NCBI GenBank assembly: GCA_000934665.2
Contig: JYFJ02001686.1
Location: 1-64,000 of the forward strand
Length of the DNA: 64,000 bases
DNA from: Catajapyx aquilonaris
Lineage: Eukaryota
Direction of reading: 5' to 3'
Shown: piece after piece, positions 24,761-38,923 of the stretch
How positions within the stretch are numbered: the first letter of the stretch is position 1
Layout of the letters: each line of letters opens with the position of its first letter
The notes under the pieces: generated by a model
What the model was told of the DNA's origin: nothing
Database searches by the model: none
The model's input: the letters and a program-made list of their open reading frames with translations, nothing else
Position numbers and translations under genes: made by a program

Positions 24761-27431
24761 CCCACCCCTGTGCTTCCCATGGCACCTCTCCCCCCTCCAT
24801 AAGCACACCCATGTTTCTCATGGCACTCCAGGTAAAAAGGCCCGGTTTTTCGGTTGCTCTTGTCTGGATGTCGCACGCCGACAGGCCATGAGGGTGAGTC
24901 CTTGCATATTTTTAAAGGGGGGTGGCGCATGGCCGCTTCTCATGGTACCGGTATGTCAATTAAATAACAATTTGGAAAAGAGTCACCATTAAATATTAAG
25001 TTGTCCAGAAATATTCAAGGACACTGTCATACTTATGAAAATGATCATGCAAGGTCAGTACGTACTGAGTCAATCACCAGCCGAACTGCAAGTGGTAAAG
25101 TTGACATGTTCAATTGCGGGGGGGATTGATGCATAAGTGATGTCAACCTTATGTAAAGCAGGCGGCTTTTTTTGGAAACGACGCCATGAATCACATATAG
25201 AGACCCCCCCTGGTCATCCCTATCCAGTTGGGGGATATATACACCTGAGCAAATAGCAATCGCATTCATCACGTCCCTATCATTACTCGCCATCGCCTTC
25301 CAATAGCTGGGGAACTCCCCACTTAACCCTCAACAGTTGTTTGGATTTATTTTTTTTTTTTCGATACGGATCGGTGCATGGCAGACCAGGGGAAAAGAGA
25401 AGCCCGATGTCGACTCATATATATGCAGTATGTGCATGGGAATAAGGTTTCACAGTACTGTAGCCTGGTTCCAAAATAATAAAAAAGCCAGTGGCTGCTG
25501 GCGGGGCGCACGCTGACCTTTTCTTCTCTTACATGTGCATTTCCAGACAGCGATGCTTTATGTGGGGACAAAGCTATAATCAGGAACATGCACGCATTCG
25601 TAGTCGCCATTATGCACTATTTCATCCCGCAATTTGTGCTTTGGTGAACTGCCTCGACCTCGATGGGGCTGTCAGGTGTGTAATTGTCACCGTGTGAAAA
25701 TTACACATTGCGTGGGATTGCTTGCCTTATTGAATCCTCTGGGAATGCTGATTGTTTGTTTGTTGCAAATCTGGTCATTTTACAGTACCAGTATGTGATA
25801 ATTACCGATATATTGTCAGCAGGTTTTTGCGACATTTTCATGTATAAAAATAAATTAATCTTGTAAAGCCCCCAGCTATATATGATCAAACTGCTGCTCC
25901 CGGAAAAGAAGCTTACACGTTGCGCACAATAAGAAGCTAAAATGTGCGCTTATAAATAAACAATTAAGTCATCAGAAGAGGACTGCCATGGCGGAAAGTT
26001 CTCAGGAAGATTTGCATAATATGATTATTTCTTTAAACTTGTGTTTGTAGTGTTTCTTGCTAAGCTGTTGACACTTTATCGTGCTCTATAATTAAAAAGC
26101 AGCAGGTACATGCAAATAAGACATAAATCATTATATAATATTTTATTTGAACTTCATACGTCGTAGGATCAGCATAACAAAACTGACGTTGAGGCGGGAA
26201 GGTATAAAATCACTACTTCCGATGCTTAACTGATGTATGACTTTGCACGCAGGTTATAAATTCCACAACATGCAAGTCACTCCCACGAAGTTTTAGTCAC
26301 TCCCAAAAAGTGAGCGATTATAAAAATATTTCTCACTCCCCTCTGTCCCCCCCCCCCTCTTTACAACATACCAACCCCCCCTCTATAGCAATCAGTCAAG
26401 TATTGATTAAGTATAATTCCTGCCAGTTGCGGCTTGGGGAAGCACACAGGTTATGCATCAAGCGTAATTTCATTAACGCCATTTACAATATTCATTATTT
26501 ACGACAGCAATTACACGAGCTGAACGTGACGCCTAGTACGGTAGATATATAATAGCGCACGGCAGCCACAAGTTCCATACCATGAAGCGTTAATTTTCGC
26601 AACGGACATAAAAATTTCCCTGCGATTATGCCAGCCTGTAAGCCTAATTACTCCCTATAAAGATGAATTACGCTGCTTTGCATTCCAGTCGCAAGATGTG
26701 CGGTTGGAAAGCTGTGGTTGCATATGAGTTGGGTTCAAAATTAACACGCAATATGTTATACTGCAGTAGTACCCTCAAAATGTCAACTTGCTGAGTGGTT
26801 TTTAAAAATAAGAAATCCATAAGTGAACCTAGCAACGTGTCTATTGCGTGTTTGAGCAAAACGGTCACTTTGAACGGGAAAGTTTGGGACAGAAATTTTT
26901 ACGTGGTTTGCGTGACTTTTTGATCACTCGTTGCGGGATATCATGCAGAGATGAAGAATAATTATTGCCTGCGAAGCACTTGTAACCTACAATTGTGAAC
27001 AAAAATCTGCACTATAAAACGTTAGCATGAAATGTTTGTCTGAACATATTTTTCCTCCTTTTGATATGTTGTCAAAAAGACAATGTTGTGAGTGTTCCCG
27101 GTTCAATACGGTATACAACAAACAGTCAGATGTAAGTTATCAATTTATTATATAGCACCAGGTGTTGCTAAGAAAATTCTGATAATTAATATTGATGAAT
27201 ATACGATTCTCCTATACACATCTCATACATCAGTATGCATTACAAAAGGAACAATATTGTGTATTGTAAGTGTATCTCTTTATACGGTATTACTTACATA
27301 ATTGATTCAAATTCCTCACACTTATACCTTTTAAAATTCGTAAACCTATTGTCCTAACTACACTCACGAATAGTGGAAAAAGATAAAAGGGATTATGGAA
27401 ATGCGAAGTGAGAGGTTTGGTTAAGGGCGGT

Positions 27432-27632
27432 TAGGGATGAGTGTGTAACATATCTGTAATGTGTGCTTGAGAATATGGTAAAAAAATACTGCAGCATATG
27501 ATTAAATTTACTGTCACGATAAGCAAGTGCACATGATGTAAATGATTGCAAAGCAGGTGTATTTTAAGAAAATGCATGCATCGCAAGATCATATGGTAAC
27601 TTACAGACTTGCATGTGTTACACACATCCATC
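27432..27632. mobile_element. Degenerate hAT-like MITE remnant
   Basis: TAGGGATGAGTGTGTAACATAT ... ATGTGTTACACACATCC imperfect TIRs. No target-site duplication evident. Confidence 0.3.
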
Positions 27633-30600
27633 ATGTATACCAGCACATAATTTAATAGAATTTACATCACCCATTGATTATAATTCCCTCATTTGTGTTC
27701 CTTGTGGTACAAAATAGTAGTGGGTGAATTTGATTTGGCATTATTGAATCATACTATACATCATCTGTCGCCACCATCGCCATATGTCAGCCTAACATGT
27801 ACTGTCATGTACTGCATCACAGAGTTTGAATATATGGTGGACCATGAGTCTCTATATACCAATTAACAACAATAGAAAACTGTACGGTTCTGCTGCTGTA
27901 ATTTTTCACCAGAACTGTGCTAATGATATCATGCATTACATATTCTTATTTCCATTCACACCTGTTCCTTGTGCAGTAATTTTATGGATGAATTCATTGT
28001 TGCGTATGCCTACATCGATATTCTGTGACATGCAGCTGGCCAGATGATTTCTAAAAATAAAATAAAATTTCATATCCTCCCGATATCATGCAGACAGAAG
28101 AGTCATAGTCGAAATTGTTCGTGTAAAACTGTTCTACAGCAGCTGCAATTTCTCGGCAGGTCAATTATAGACGTGCACTATTTGACCCCCACTATACTGT
28201 TCGAATAAAATACGGTACGATTGATCCGTATCATTTTCAGGGATATGGGATAAAAAAGGATCCGTCATACCCCAAGTGGATTCTAGGAAGTGTTGTAAAA
28301 CTGCCAATGTAACTATACAGTCGTCGACTGTAATCCCATAAGTTTAAATACAAAATAAGTGAATAATGCATCATTTTGCACTTGTAACATGCAACAGGCG
28401 CTTTGTCTTGACAGATCATGGGCCAGTGAACAACAATAGCATCGAGTGTGTTTCGCACAGCAGGTGTTTTCATTTCCTGTATAACTTACTGAATCATAAA
28501 ATCACATAAAGAAGTGGAGAAGGATCACAAATTGTAATGTGCAATAGTGAATATGGGTGGTCTATTATAAATAATATTCTTATGCATTTGGAATGTTTCT
28601 TAAGAAACCAACAATGTCTTAATATATTTTTTGCATGATTCTCTGTGTACGGTTTTTTAAAACGCTTTAAATTATTCTCAACTAGGATTCACTGTCACTA
28701 TTTATGTTTAGAAGTCGAATAAATGGCATCCGTTTGAAACATCGACACTGTCATCTTCAAGAAGCACAAAACCATTCATCAGCCACTTTTTTCCATTACT
28801 TTATTCGCAGTAATTATCACAAAGACACATAACATGCACATATGGATGATAACCGAATTGCAGCCATAAACTATTATGACGAAGCCTGTATACGCAACAC
28901 TAATCGTTAATTTGTCATAATTTCAAATAAATCTGGCTGTCCAACATGCCATTAATAATTCCCTATATGCACAATAACAATAACAAAAAACTCACGATAT
29001 TTTTTTTCTACCCTTTTCCCTCACTCTCTTTCTGGTTGGATACGTCTGGAATTCCACCACAGCATTATTTAATGCCACTGCTTGGAGCATTCCTCCCAAG
29101 AAATCACTCAAAAGGAGAAGTTTAAAAAGCACCTCTCGGCATTGACGACGGTCTGGATCGATACACCCTCACCGTGTGCAAGCCACTATGAAAGGTGCCA
29201 GACACAAAATAAGCCTTATACCGTATACACCCCCCTCTCGAATAAAGTGTGTAGGTCAGTAGCGCCTTATTCAACCCCAATGGTTTCGACATTTTTTTTA
29301 AAAACAATACCATTTTTTAAAATATATATATAATTGATTATTATAGTAATAAAAAATCATGGTGTGTTTATGAAGCAGTCCTCCTAAGCAGTCAAGCCCG
29401 TGTCCTGTTGGATGTATATCTGGCTATGCTAGAGAGACATGGAGCAGGGGCATCCAAGGGTAAAAGAGATGCCCCTCGTCAGATCTCATCTCGCCTCGTC
29501 CGCAAAGCATTCATCCTAGTTCCTACATCCAAATGGCCGTAATGAAGCTTCCCTGGTGAAACAAGGCGTCTTTATCCCTTCACCCTACCTCTCTACCTAC
29601 AACTCAGATGAGGTTTAGGACCAGAAGGAAAAAAAAAAGAAGGAAACCTGCGGGTTGGTTTGGTATAGGCCCTGGATTTACCTACACCATCATCACGGAA
29701 CTGCAAACAAGGTGTCCCCCCCCCTTCCCTCCTTCCCTCCTCCTCTCCCCATTTTGGGATTGGATGCCGGGGCGGTTACCATGGTAGCCGTCGGAAGCTG
29801 TTGCCATGACGACTTCCGTCCCTGCCTGCCACCTATATAACCCCGAACCCACCTATATGCTGGCCAAGGATGCCTCGGCGGATGCGGCTCCAAACTTTGC
29901 GTGCAGTCCCCGAGGCACGCAACAGTATGCATATGGACAGGTGAGGGAAGGTGTTTCGCAACATACCGGCCTTCGACATGGTACGACGTAGCTACAAAAA
30001 AAACTGGGACTGTACCGTTTTGTTTAAAAGAAAAGATGTTCCCCAGCAGTCTGGATTTCCAGGTGAAATATCCAGTCTGACCTGCCCCGAGGCCAGTCAC
30101 TGTTCCTAAAGCCCCCCACTCGACCACTTGAAACCAGGGCTGCCAACTATAATATTCCATCTCCCCCCACCGAAAATTGAGGGGTCTTTGTCATCCGGTT
30201 CCAGCGCTCGATTGGTGCTATCAGGGTTAGTGCTCGCTGTTTATTTACGATCCGTCGACATCGCTTCTTTCACCAGCACAATAGCGCGACAACTCTGATG
30301 GCCCAATCATAAAGGTCAGGAATGTCAAAGGCACTGGGGCAAAGTCGGCTACTGGACCGGGGGTGGCGAAGTACCTATGAAAATCCTAGTATTCAACTAT
30401 CATGCAATCACTAATTCATCTGGTTTGCTATTCAAACCTCAAAAATGAGCTCGCCTGTTATTGTTCCTCATTCGATATTTTTTTTTTTTTTACTTCAGCA
30501 ACAATGGGTACTTGGGTAGTATAGAAGACGGCTTAAATGAAGTCTGAATAATTTAGAAGACGTCGGAATGAAGACGATCATTTCCCGGCAGTTGGTCATC

Positions 30601-32695
30601 CCCCCTCCCCGAATGTTGGGACGTCTCCTTTTTCCTCGCCGGCAGGGGGTATCCCAAATTGTCAACAACTTCAAGGGTAATCTCTCCTAGGGTCCGTCAC
30701 ACCAGTCAACAACCGTTGCCTATTACTGCTGATTACATGCAATCTGACTAAATGGCCGCGGAACCAAAATGAGACTGTTATATATGGCACACAGCACTAA
30801 CAAAATAGTCCATTACGATTTTGAATCAGCTAAAATGGGCCCTAAAATGTCAGGTGAAAATTGCTGTACTTACGTGCTCAATGTCCAGCCGGATTGCCTG
30901 GAAAACAAAAAGTAGGATAATTAGTGTTGAAATATTTTTTTTTGCATATTTCTTGGACTGTATAGGGATCAACTTAAAGCTTGTAAAAGCGGATTGGACA
31001 GCCTTTCTCTTTCCGAGGTCAGGTCCCTCGAGGCTGTATGACCCCCTGAGGGCACAAGCCCCGGTACAGTACCCTTCGCCCCCCATCCCACCATCGGGTT
31101 CTTTCCTTTGGGTTGGAGGTTTTTAGTGGGCGAGCTTGTTTGCTGTTCGCACAAGGCGCTATCGCTTCTGCCAGTTTGCCCAGCTCTCCAACCATGTTTG
31201 CTGACGAGCTTCCGTCATCTTAACAGGGCACCCTCTCCACTATATGTCAGCACCAGATGAATTAAACAGCTCATGCCCAGATGGAATCGCAATCAAGGAG
31301 GCTCATTAACTTCAACATATTACACATATAGATATTAATCACACAATTATTTCCAATAGTGATTAATATCTACATGTGTGACACACAAACATCCAAGTTT
31401 TCTTCACCTGTTTCCTCCCATGTCAATCAAACACTTAATTTAATTCCGATATCGTGTCAAAATCCAATGCACGTACTACCTAGTCATATCCCAAACAAAC
31501 GACTGCAAAATGTACATTTCCGATGGGGGGACCATGTACATGTCAATATTCAGGGTGTAAAATCGTGCAGTACAATTATTTGCAGGCCAATTCACCTGCA
31601 CTTCAAAATTCCCAACCAACACTGTCATATTTTTTTTGTGTTCATGTCACTAAAAATTCGCGCCCAAAAACATACTGTGGCTGTGGGCCGTATTTGTGTT
31701 ACCGAGACAAACCAAAATAATACACAGAACCACAAAATGCAAATTTTGATCGAAAATTGTATAGGACATTGGATATAACACACAATTCTTCGCGTTCAAT
31801 ACCCATGACATTTGACCCACTGAGTCATCCCACGCAATGACCCCCCACCTTCCAACAGGTCAAACAAGAAGTCCCGCAAGGGGATTCTCCATCAAGGTGA
31901 TTCTATCTGGGTGGAGCTCTTTCCCCCCACAACCAACCAACAACCCCCCCTAGAATTAGCCTCAGGGGGGCGCTCTTATAAAGCCCTTTTTAGACTCGCC
32001 CTGATTCTTTATGCCCTGAAACCGTGCAGAATATGAGTCCAACCACTCCTCCATGCATGTGTCGCCATAAAACGGGGCCATCTCCCTTAGAAAGTTTTTT
32101 TTTTCTGTTTTTCTGTGTTTTTTTGTTTTTTGCTTTTTTTTTGAAAAAAAAAATATCCGGAGAGCCGGAAATCCAGGCTCAAATCCGCAAGGTTGGCTGT
32201 TAGAAGCATCTTGGTTATAAGAAAAAGAATAAGTAGGGTCTAATGTGTTCCGAGGGGAAGTGGCGGTCCGTGGCTACGGAAGAGAAGCCCCCGTGGCAGC
32301 GCCACGCTCGGCTGAGGGGCCTCTTTCAGCAAATGGCCGCATTTCCTCCTTCCTCAGCCACCCAATATGTCACCCCCCTATACCCAGAGACTTGGACTTC
32401 TTCTGATTTATAGAACCTACAATATCTCATTTCCTACTGTTTGAATTTGCTTCCTGAAGCCAGTTGATTTAGCTCATGTGTTACCCAGAAAGAAGAAGGA
32501 TGCCGTGTTGCACCTAAATCAAAATGGATGGTTTTTCTTTTTGGGTTACTTTTCTCGATTGAAATTAATGGGAGAAGGCCTGATGCCACAAATTATCTGG
32601 AGCTGACGTCCTTTTCCGGGATGCGTTTAGAGTAACTTATGGTGTTGCTTAGAGTCAACAGGATATCGACATCAAATTTCGCACTTAGCAATATA

Positions 32696-33124
32696 CTGTA
32701 ATTCATGTACCGATTCCGGAGGTGGTATGTTGTGATCAACAATACTGTATGCAGTAATAACTTGTGAGCCCATCGGTCTACAGAGTACTGTCTACAAAGT
32801 ACTGACTTGTAGATAGTTCATCGCCCAGATGTACTGACTTGAAAGTGGTACATCACGATGTATCGATTATTCATGTACTGACTTGTAGACAGTCCATCGC
32901 CCAGATGTACTGACTTGTAGACAGTCTATCGCCCAGATGTACTGACTTGTAGACAGTCCAGCGCCCAGATGTACTGACTTGAAAGTGGTACATCCCGATG
33001 TATCGATTCATGTACTGACTTGGACTTCAAATACCGTCTACAAGTCGGTAAAGAATGTAGTGGGTATTTGTTGATCACAAAATACCACCTAGTTGGTGCA
33101 TGAATCGGTACATGAATTACACAG
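32696..33124 (+). mobile_element. Non-autonomous TIR element (MITE family A), copy 1, with internal 32-bp tandem repeats
   Basis: Left end CTGTAATTCATGTACCGATTCCGGAGGTGGTATGTTGTGATCAACAA is mirrored by TTGTTGATCACAAAATACCACCT...AATCGGTACATGAATTAC. The internal unit GTACTGACTTGTAGACAGTCCATCGCCCAGAT is repeated. Confidence 0.75.
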
Positions 33125-33142
33125 TTATATGGTCAAGTTACA

Positions 33143-33318
33143 CTGTAATTTATGTACCGATTTAGGAGGTGGTACTTTGTGATCAACAAAATAATACCGT
33201 ATACGATACTGACTTGTAAACAGTTCATTGCTCAGATGTACTGACTTGAAAATGGTACATCACGATGTACCAATTTGACGGTGTTGATCACAAAGTAACA
33301 TCTCTAAGTCGTTACATA
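33143..33318 (+). mobile_element. MITE family A, copy 2 (short)
   Basis: Starts CTGTAATTTATGTACCGATTTAGGAGGTGGTACTTTGTGATCAACAA, has the internal GTACTGACTTGAAAATGGTACATCACGATGTA, and a degenerate right TIR TGTTGATCACAAAGTAACATCT. Confidence 0.65.
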
Positions 33319-35359
33319 GTGCACCTTTTTTCCATATTAAAAAAATGGCGATGGGTGCAACAAAGGTCCAGCTTGGCACAACTTTCCATGTAAATTCCAG
33401 TTCGACAAAGAGGCTTGTAATTCGGTTCTGCTTCCCCAATTACTCCCATTGAAAAGCAGATCACAGGTACCGACTGCAAAGGTTGTCGGACACCACCATG
33501 TATATATAAACGCATACTATTTTGGACAGAAGTTTCACATCCGACCGGCCCAAATAGATATAGTCCCGCAATGGATGAAAGGATCTTGAAATTTCTCTCT
33601 ATGGGGCACACCTTCCCCCCCCCCCTCCCCCCTCCCCATCTGATCCGAGTCCACCGCGATGTGCTCCAATTCCTCACCCCCTCGGCCGATGATCCCCCCC
33701 TATACCCATGTCACCCACTCCGGACGACATCATTTCACAAGTCCGTTTTGCGGCACCCCCCCCCCTTCCCCACTTGCATGACTTGTGAAATTGCATGACT
33801 GATCCTCCAAATTCCTACAGGAAGCTTACGCCCCGAGATAGCATTCATGCAGATGAGGGGGGTCAACGCGAAGCCATGAAATCATTTCCTGGCACAACGT
33901 AGCACGAGGTATGGGTGTCGCCATCGTCGTTTTTTTATATAATAATTTTTTTTTTGTTGGATAGCACATATAAATCACATGGGGGCAACAAGGACCACAT
34001 TTCCCTTGCTAAATGGGTTGTAATAGTGACATGCAAATATTTTTTTGGGGAGGTACAGGATGTGCCAATTTAAATTGTCAGTCACACTGTGTGTTCAATA
34101 TTATTATTTATTATTGTAGAATTGCAGGTGTGGTTCGAAAAACTGTTTAATCAGTAACATGTTCATGTCTATTGTTGAGGTTTACCATTTTGACTGAAAG
34201 TTCTGCACAACACTATTATCCTAACAGATGCAGCAGGTATGGCACAGCATGCAACATTCCTGACCTTCGACAAACAAGCACATGAATCACTCAGATATGT
34301 ACAGATACACGTGCATATTAATCGGAAAAAAATGACATTTCCCTAGGTCACGACGGGGGCATGGCTGACCTAAGGTTTGAACCCCCTCCCACTTCCCTCA
34401 GGTTCAGCACATGGGCCAATGAAGAGATGAGGTTGGCCCCTGAGGCGATCGATCCTTTGCCCGGTGATCCTGCGCTCTCCTGCCCGCCATGTGCTGGATC
34501 GAAGCCCCCAACAGCATGGCTTCTTGCATTTCCCCCCCCCCCCCTCCCTCCCCACCTGGATGCTGCTTCAAGACGAAACACAAATTGCCACGCCCACCAA
34601 TGGCTTCCTTCCTGCCATGAGACAAACAAGCAGGTGCCACCTTTAAAAAAGTTATATGTCATGTATGAGGATGACCGCATTTCCTTGGTCCTGAGGCCGC
34701 AACTACCGGTCCTCTGACAGGCCATGTCAAAGTCAATCACAGTAATTTCACTAGCTCTAATTATCCTCATCCCTATGGCCCGTTTCCGGTCAGCCCATCA
34801 GCAGCCTCAGGGACACTAGAGGACATCCAAACTGCAGGTGATATGGTAATGAAGAACATGTAGGGTTATGACCCCTAGGCCATGTTTCTAATTTGCACCT
34901 GAGTTAGTTTAGGTCTTCTTGGGTGACCTGAGATTGAAACAAGAGACCCTCCGGGGGGGGGACATAGGATGGTGGACAATACCGGCCGCAGCCCACCAAA
35001 GAATGAAGTGTTTGTAATGCAATTCGGTGTAGGACCGCACGCTCGTTCGCCATAGACTATTAATTCTGTTTGCCCACTTGTGCATTATTAAACATTACCC
35101 TTTTCAAGTTAACAACGGTTGCGGTTACGAGTCACAATGCCGCCATTTTCAAGCTTTTTAGCTATGAATGTCTCATTTGGAGTTGCGCCCAATGAAACAC
35201 AATGCATAAAGCCTCCCCCTCTACCGAAAGCCCCTGGCAGGAACCCGCATCACAGAGTGATTATGAGAATGTTTACTTTAGCCTTGGCTATACGGAGTTG
35301 CCAAGCTGACATTTTTTGCATATGAGTTCAAAAAATTTGGGATATTCCCACCATCTATT

Positions 35360-35622
35360 GCAGGTGTGTCAAACGTATCCCCCCTCCACATGAGAGAGCG
35401 AGAGGTCATCACGTGACAACACGAAGTCACCTATAAATATATGCGATATGTTACCCACTCTTAACGGAACCGGAAGTGGCGTGGGAAAAGATCGTGGGAA
35501 GAGTCAGGATTGGGACTCTTTTTCCCTTCGGTTTTTCAAGTGACCCTTGCCTCCTTTCGTAGGTCACTCGAGGGAAGGGGGCAGGTGTGTGTCGCAAAGG
35601 TGGAAGAGGACACACCTGCCCC
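35360..35622. promoter_or_regulatory. Candidate Notch/proneural/ETS enhancer module
   Basis: ACCGGAAGT 35469-35477; CGTGGGAA at 35480-35487 and 35493-35500; GCAGGTG at 35360 and 35581 and CACCTGC at 35613; CACGTG at 35410. Confidence 0.4.
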
Positions 35623-38600
35623 GTTTCCACACCATCACGCAACGTTGTTTCTACCTGAATGTTTTTAAAACTTTACCTATATAGATTCGGGTTGTTATTA
35701 ATTATTAAACAGCCATGATGCGACCTGATGAGTTTATCTTCGTTTAATGTTTCTATAATGCAAGGTATACCCATCCTATAATCCACTACCTTTAAAAAAT
35801 TCAGGCTCCTTACAATTCACTTTTCCCCAAAAAACCAGCTTGTTTTTTTTATTATCTCAAGCTGATAATTTACCTACTATGATGTCTAAATTGTACATTT
35901 TAACTCCTGCTTACACGTGCATTTCAATTTTTTAAGCCATGACGTGGGTAATTGATTTCTGAATCGACTTTTCGTGTACAGTCGTGAGCAAAAAAATACA
36001 TGTTGGCTAAATATTTACTCGCGAGTGTACCTATGAAAATCCTTTCTAGTTTTCCAAACATACGCAGTCAAAAACGGCACATGTCGCCCTTTCAAGAGCT
36101 TACACGAGTCGACAACACTGGTCTGGAATACAATCCTCTCGAGGATAAGGATTACGAGTGTCGTTTTCCGTTTGACATTGTCGATTCAAGCCTGATGGAT
36201 ACCTGCAAAAGCTAACGACCTGCTGCTTTGTACTCTATCTGGGGAAGCCATGAGTCAACGTACTTGGCATTAATTTGGGCAACTCCGCAGACTGATTGAG
36301 TGTTTCAAACCCATTATATTTACCCTACATTGCTCATATTGGGGGGGAACGATACAAGTACTGTACAATTATCAGTCGACTTATGCAGAAGGGCCAACCT
36401 TTAGATGTATGCCGCTTTTTCATGGCGCCACTGATGCAAAATGCTGAGTACTTACCCCTAGCCTTAAAAATAAGTGATGAGGTAAGTATTGTCCCAAGCG
36501 AAAACGCACTAACAACCTCATTGTTGAGAAAAGTATAGCTTGTGCGCTCAATTGCCCATTCAAGATTTTTTTCCTGGTTTGCATTTCTCAGCGACTTGCC
36601 CGGACAAAAGAGACATAAAGAGAATACGGAATGTTAAATAATTAACTACTTGCAGAAAATTGTGGGACTGGCAGGGGTAATCAGAAAGAGCTTGAATATT
36701 GCGAAAATACTTATGTAATTTGTATCAACTTTACATGGCCTATATCACCCTAAATCTGTTTGATGTTTACTCGTACCAGTTTCTTTTACTGGATGTACAG
36801 CAGGTACCTCCATCCCATATTGTACTTCGAATAGCTCGTAGAAAAAAAATCGCCAAAGGGATTGGAAATGAAAGAACAGGAACTAAACCTAGTTTTCGCC
36901 AGTGTGTGATAGGCACAGGAATTCTTCCCTTGTATATAAGCCCGATCCTCAAACCGGATTTCCTCTCAGTACACGTCTCCATTTATTAACTACAGGCGCG
37001 CTTCTTGATCCACCTTTTATCAAAGGGATGGTCCCGGTGCAAAGCAAAAAGGCCAAAAGTGTTTTACAATCATCCAAATGAATCCTTAATCCCTTTTACA
37101 AAGTCTGAAAAAATACGATGTTTTTTTTTGACATGAATAGCTCGGATAGTGATAAATCAACCGGTTCACAAAGCAATTTTTGTTCTCCTTTTCTATATAC
37201 CTACATCATCACCTGTTATTACAACAAATATTCAGAAGCTATGAGCCTACCACAACTTCAATAGCATGTTACATATAGGTATATATGAAGTATTTACAGA
37301 CGAAGCAATTTCAAGCACAAACTCAATTTCAACGACCTTTTTTCGCACCTGTCCCAGGAAAGTGTCTCGTCCATCACCGCAATCAAAAGCGCCTTATTAA
37401 TTATTATTGCCCCAGTGGAGGTGTCAGGAGCAAAATCCTGGGTGATCCTGCTTGATGTGCCCTTGACCACATATGCCCTAAGGGGAAATCGGGGTTTGTT
37501 CTCTATACACACACCCCTTGATGCCCCCATAAAGCACGGGATTACTAATCTCCTGAGGTGTCTCCACCTTCTGGCCAAAAAAAGTCATGGATAATAATAG
37601 TGGTGGCGCCACCAGTACGACACCATTAATTTCCAGCATTGTACGAGACATCTACCGCCAGTAAACTCCACTGAGCCTTAACATTCTGAAGCAGTAAATA
37701 ATTGGTAATTGTGCTTCGTTGTACTTGAAAATAAACATGGTATAGCAAAAATAAGGTCTAGCCGAAAATATATCCAAAGCCTGCTCATTACACACAATGA
37801 CGCCCGTGTTGCTTCCATGCAAGACTTTTGGGGTGGCCCTTTTGTCCTGTGATTGCCATAGTCCCGAACACGCCATCTCGTGGCGGACGCATTAAAAAAT
37901 AATGCACGCCCCCTCATAATAACAGGCCAAACAAAAGCAATAACCCATCGCAGCAATCAGGCTACTTCACAGGAAAAGTGCAAAACTATACACAACAGTT
38001 CCATTGGGCCAAACAATGCAAACAATGGTCCAATTAACCTGCCTACAATTAGTGCCGGGCCGCCTTCTAGGTCGCACACTGGTTGCGCCCCCCCAACAAT
38101 AAAAGTGTCCATTATGGCTTGTACAGGGGGTGTTGGGATAGAGAGTTAGGGTCTCTCTCTGTGATGATGTCCTACATTATAACCTAGACCTGCACCGGGG
38201 TTATCCAATTAATGCCTATCTGACAGTACGCAATAAGTTATTCATATGTCCTGTCAAGTGGACCAGATAAGCACCTTCCCACCCATTCAGCAACATAATT
38301 CGTCATTGGCAGACCCTTTTTGCCATTATTCATATATATAGTGGTAAAAAAAACCTCACATCCAGCATTCACGCCTGGGATCAATACCCTTTGTGATATT
38401 CTCTATCAAAAAAGGTGTGCGAGTGCTCCGTTTTCAGAGCAGGAGTCGTGGACATTTACATGTGTTCCCAATTCTAATCCGACTTGGGCAGGTGCAAGGT
38501 CAAGGATCTTCCAGGTGCCCCATGCCAACCTACCAGAACCAATCCTCCAGAATTTATCTATAAAATTAGTGTACATGAGTCAACATAAAACGCAATTCAA

Positions 38601-38874
38601 ACTATACATTTGCGCCGAACTTCGCATGTGACTTGTGTACCGGTATTCCCAATAACACCTGTCATACCCGCCCACACATTCAAAGTCCTATTCAGCATAA
38701 CCTCCAGGCTTTCAGCATATGGCTTAGAAACCACTGTTGTTGATCAGTGTTGCTGTCCAAACTACGCGTCATACTGTTTACATTCTTTGTACTTAAAGTG
38801 TAAATACTACTGCTTATTGTATGTACAAGCCCTCTTGTATTGTTTTTTAAACAAATATGTAGTTTTTAGATCAA

Positions 38875-38923
38875 GCACGGGAGGCGCCACCTTCGCCAGG
38901 CACGGGAGGCGCCACCTTCGCCA
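38875..38923 (+). repeat. 25-bp tandem duplication
   Basis: GCACGGGAGGCGCCACCTTCGCCA at 38875 and 38900, followed by TGCGCATGCGC. Confidence 0.9.

Noticed and set aside
34348..34770. Overlapping 118-140 aa ORFs in a GC-richer patch
   Set aside because: They run through a poly-C tract and show no recognisable protein family or splice structure.
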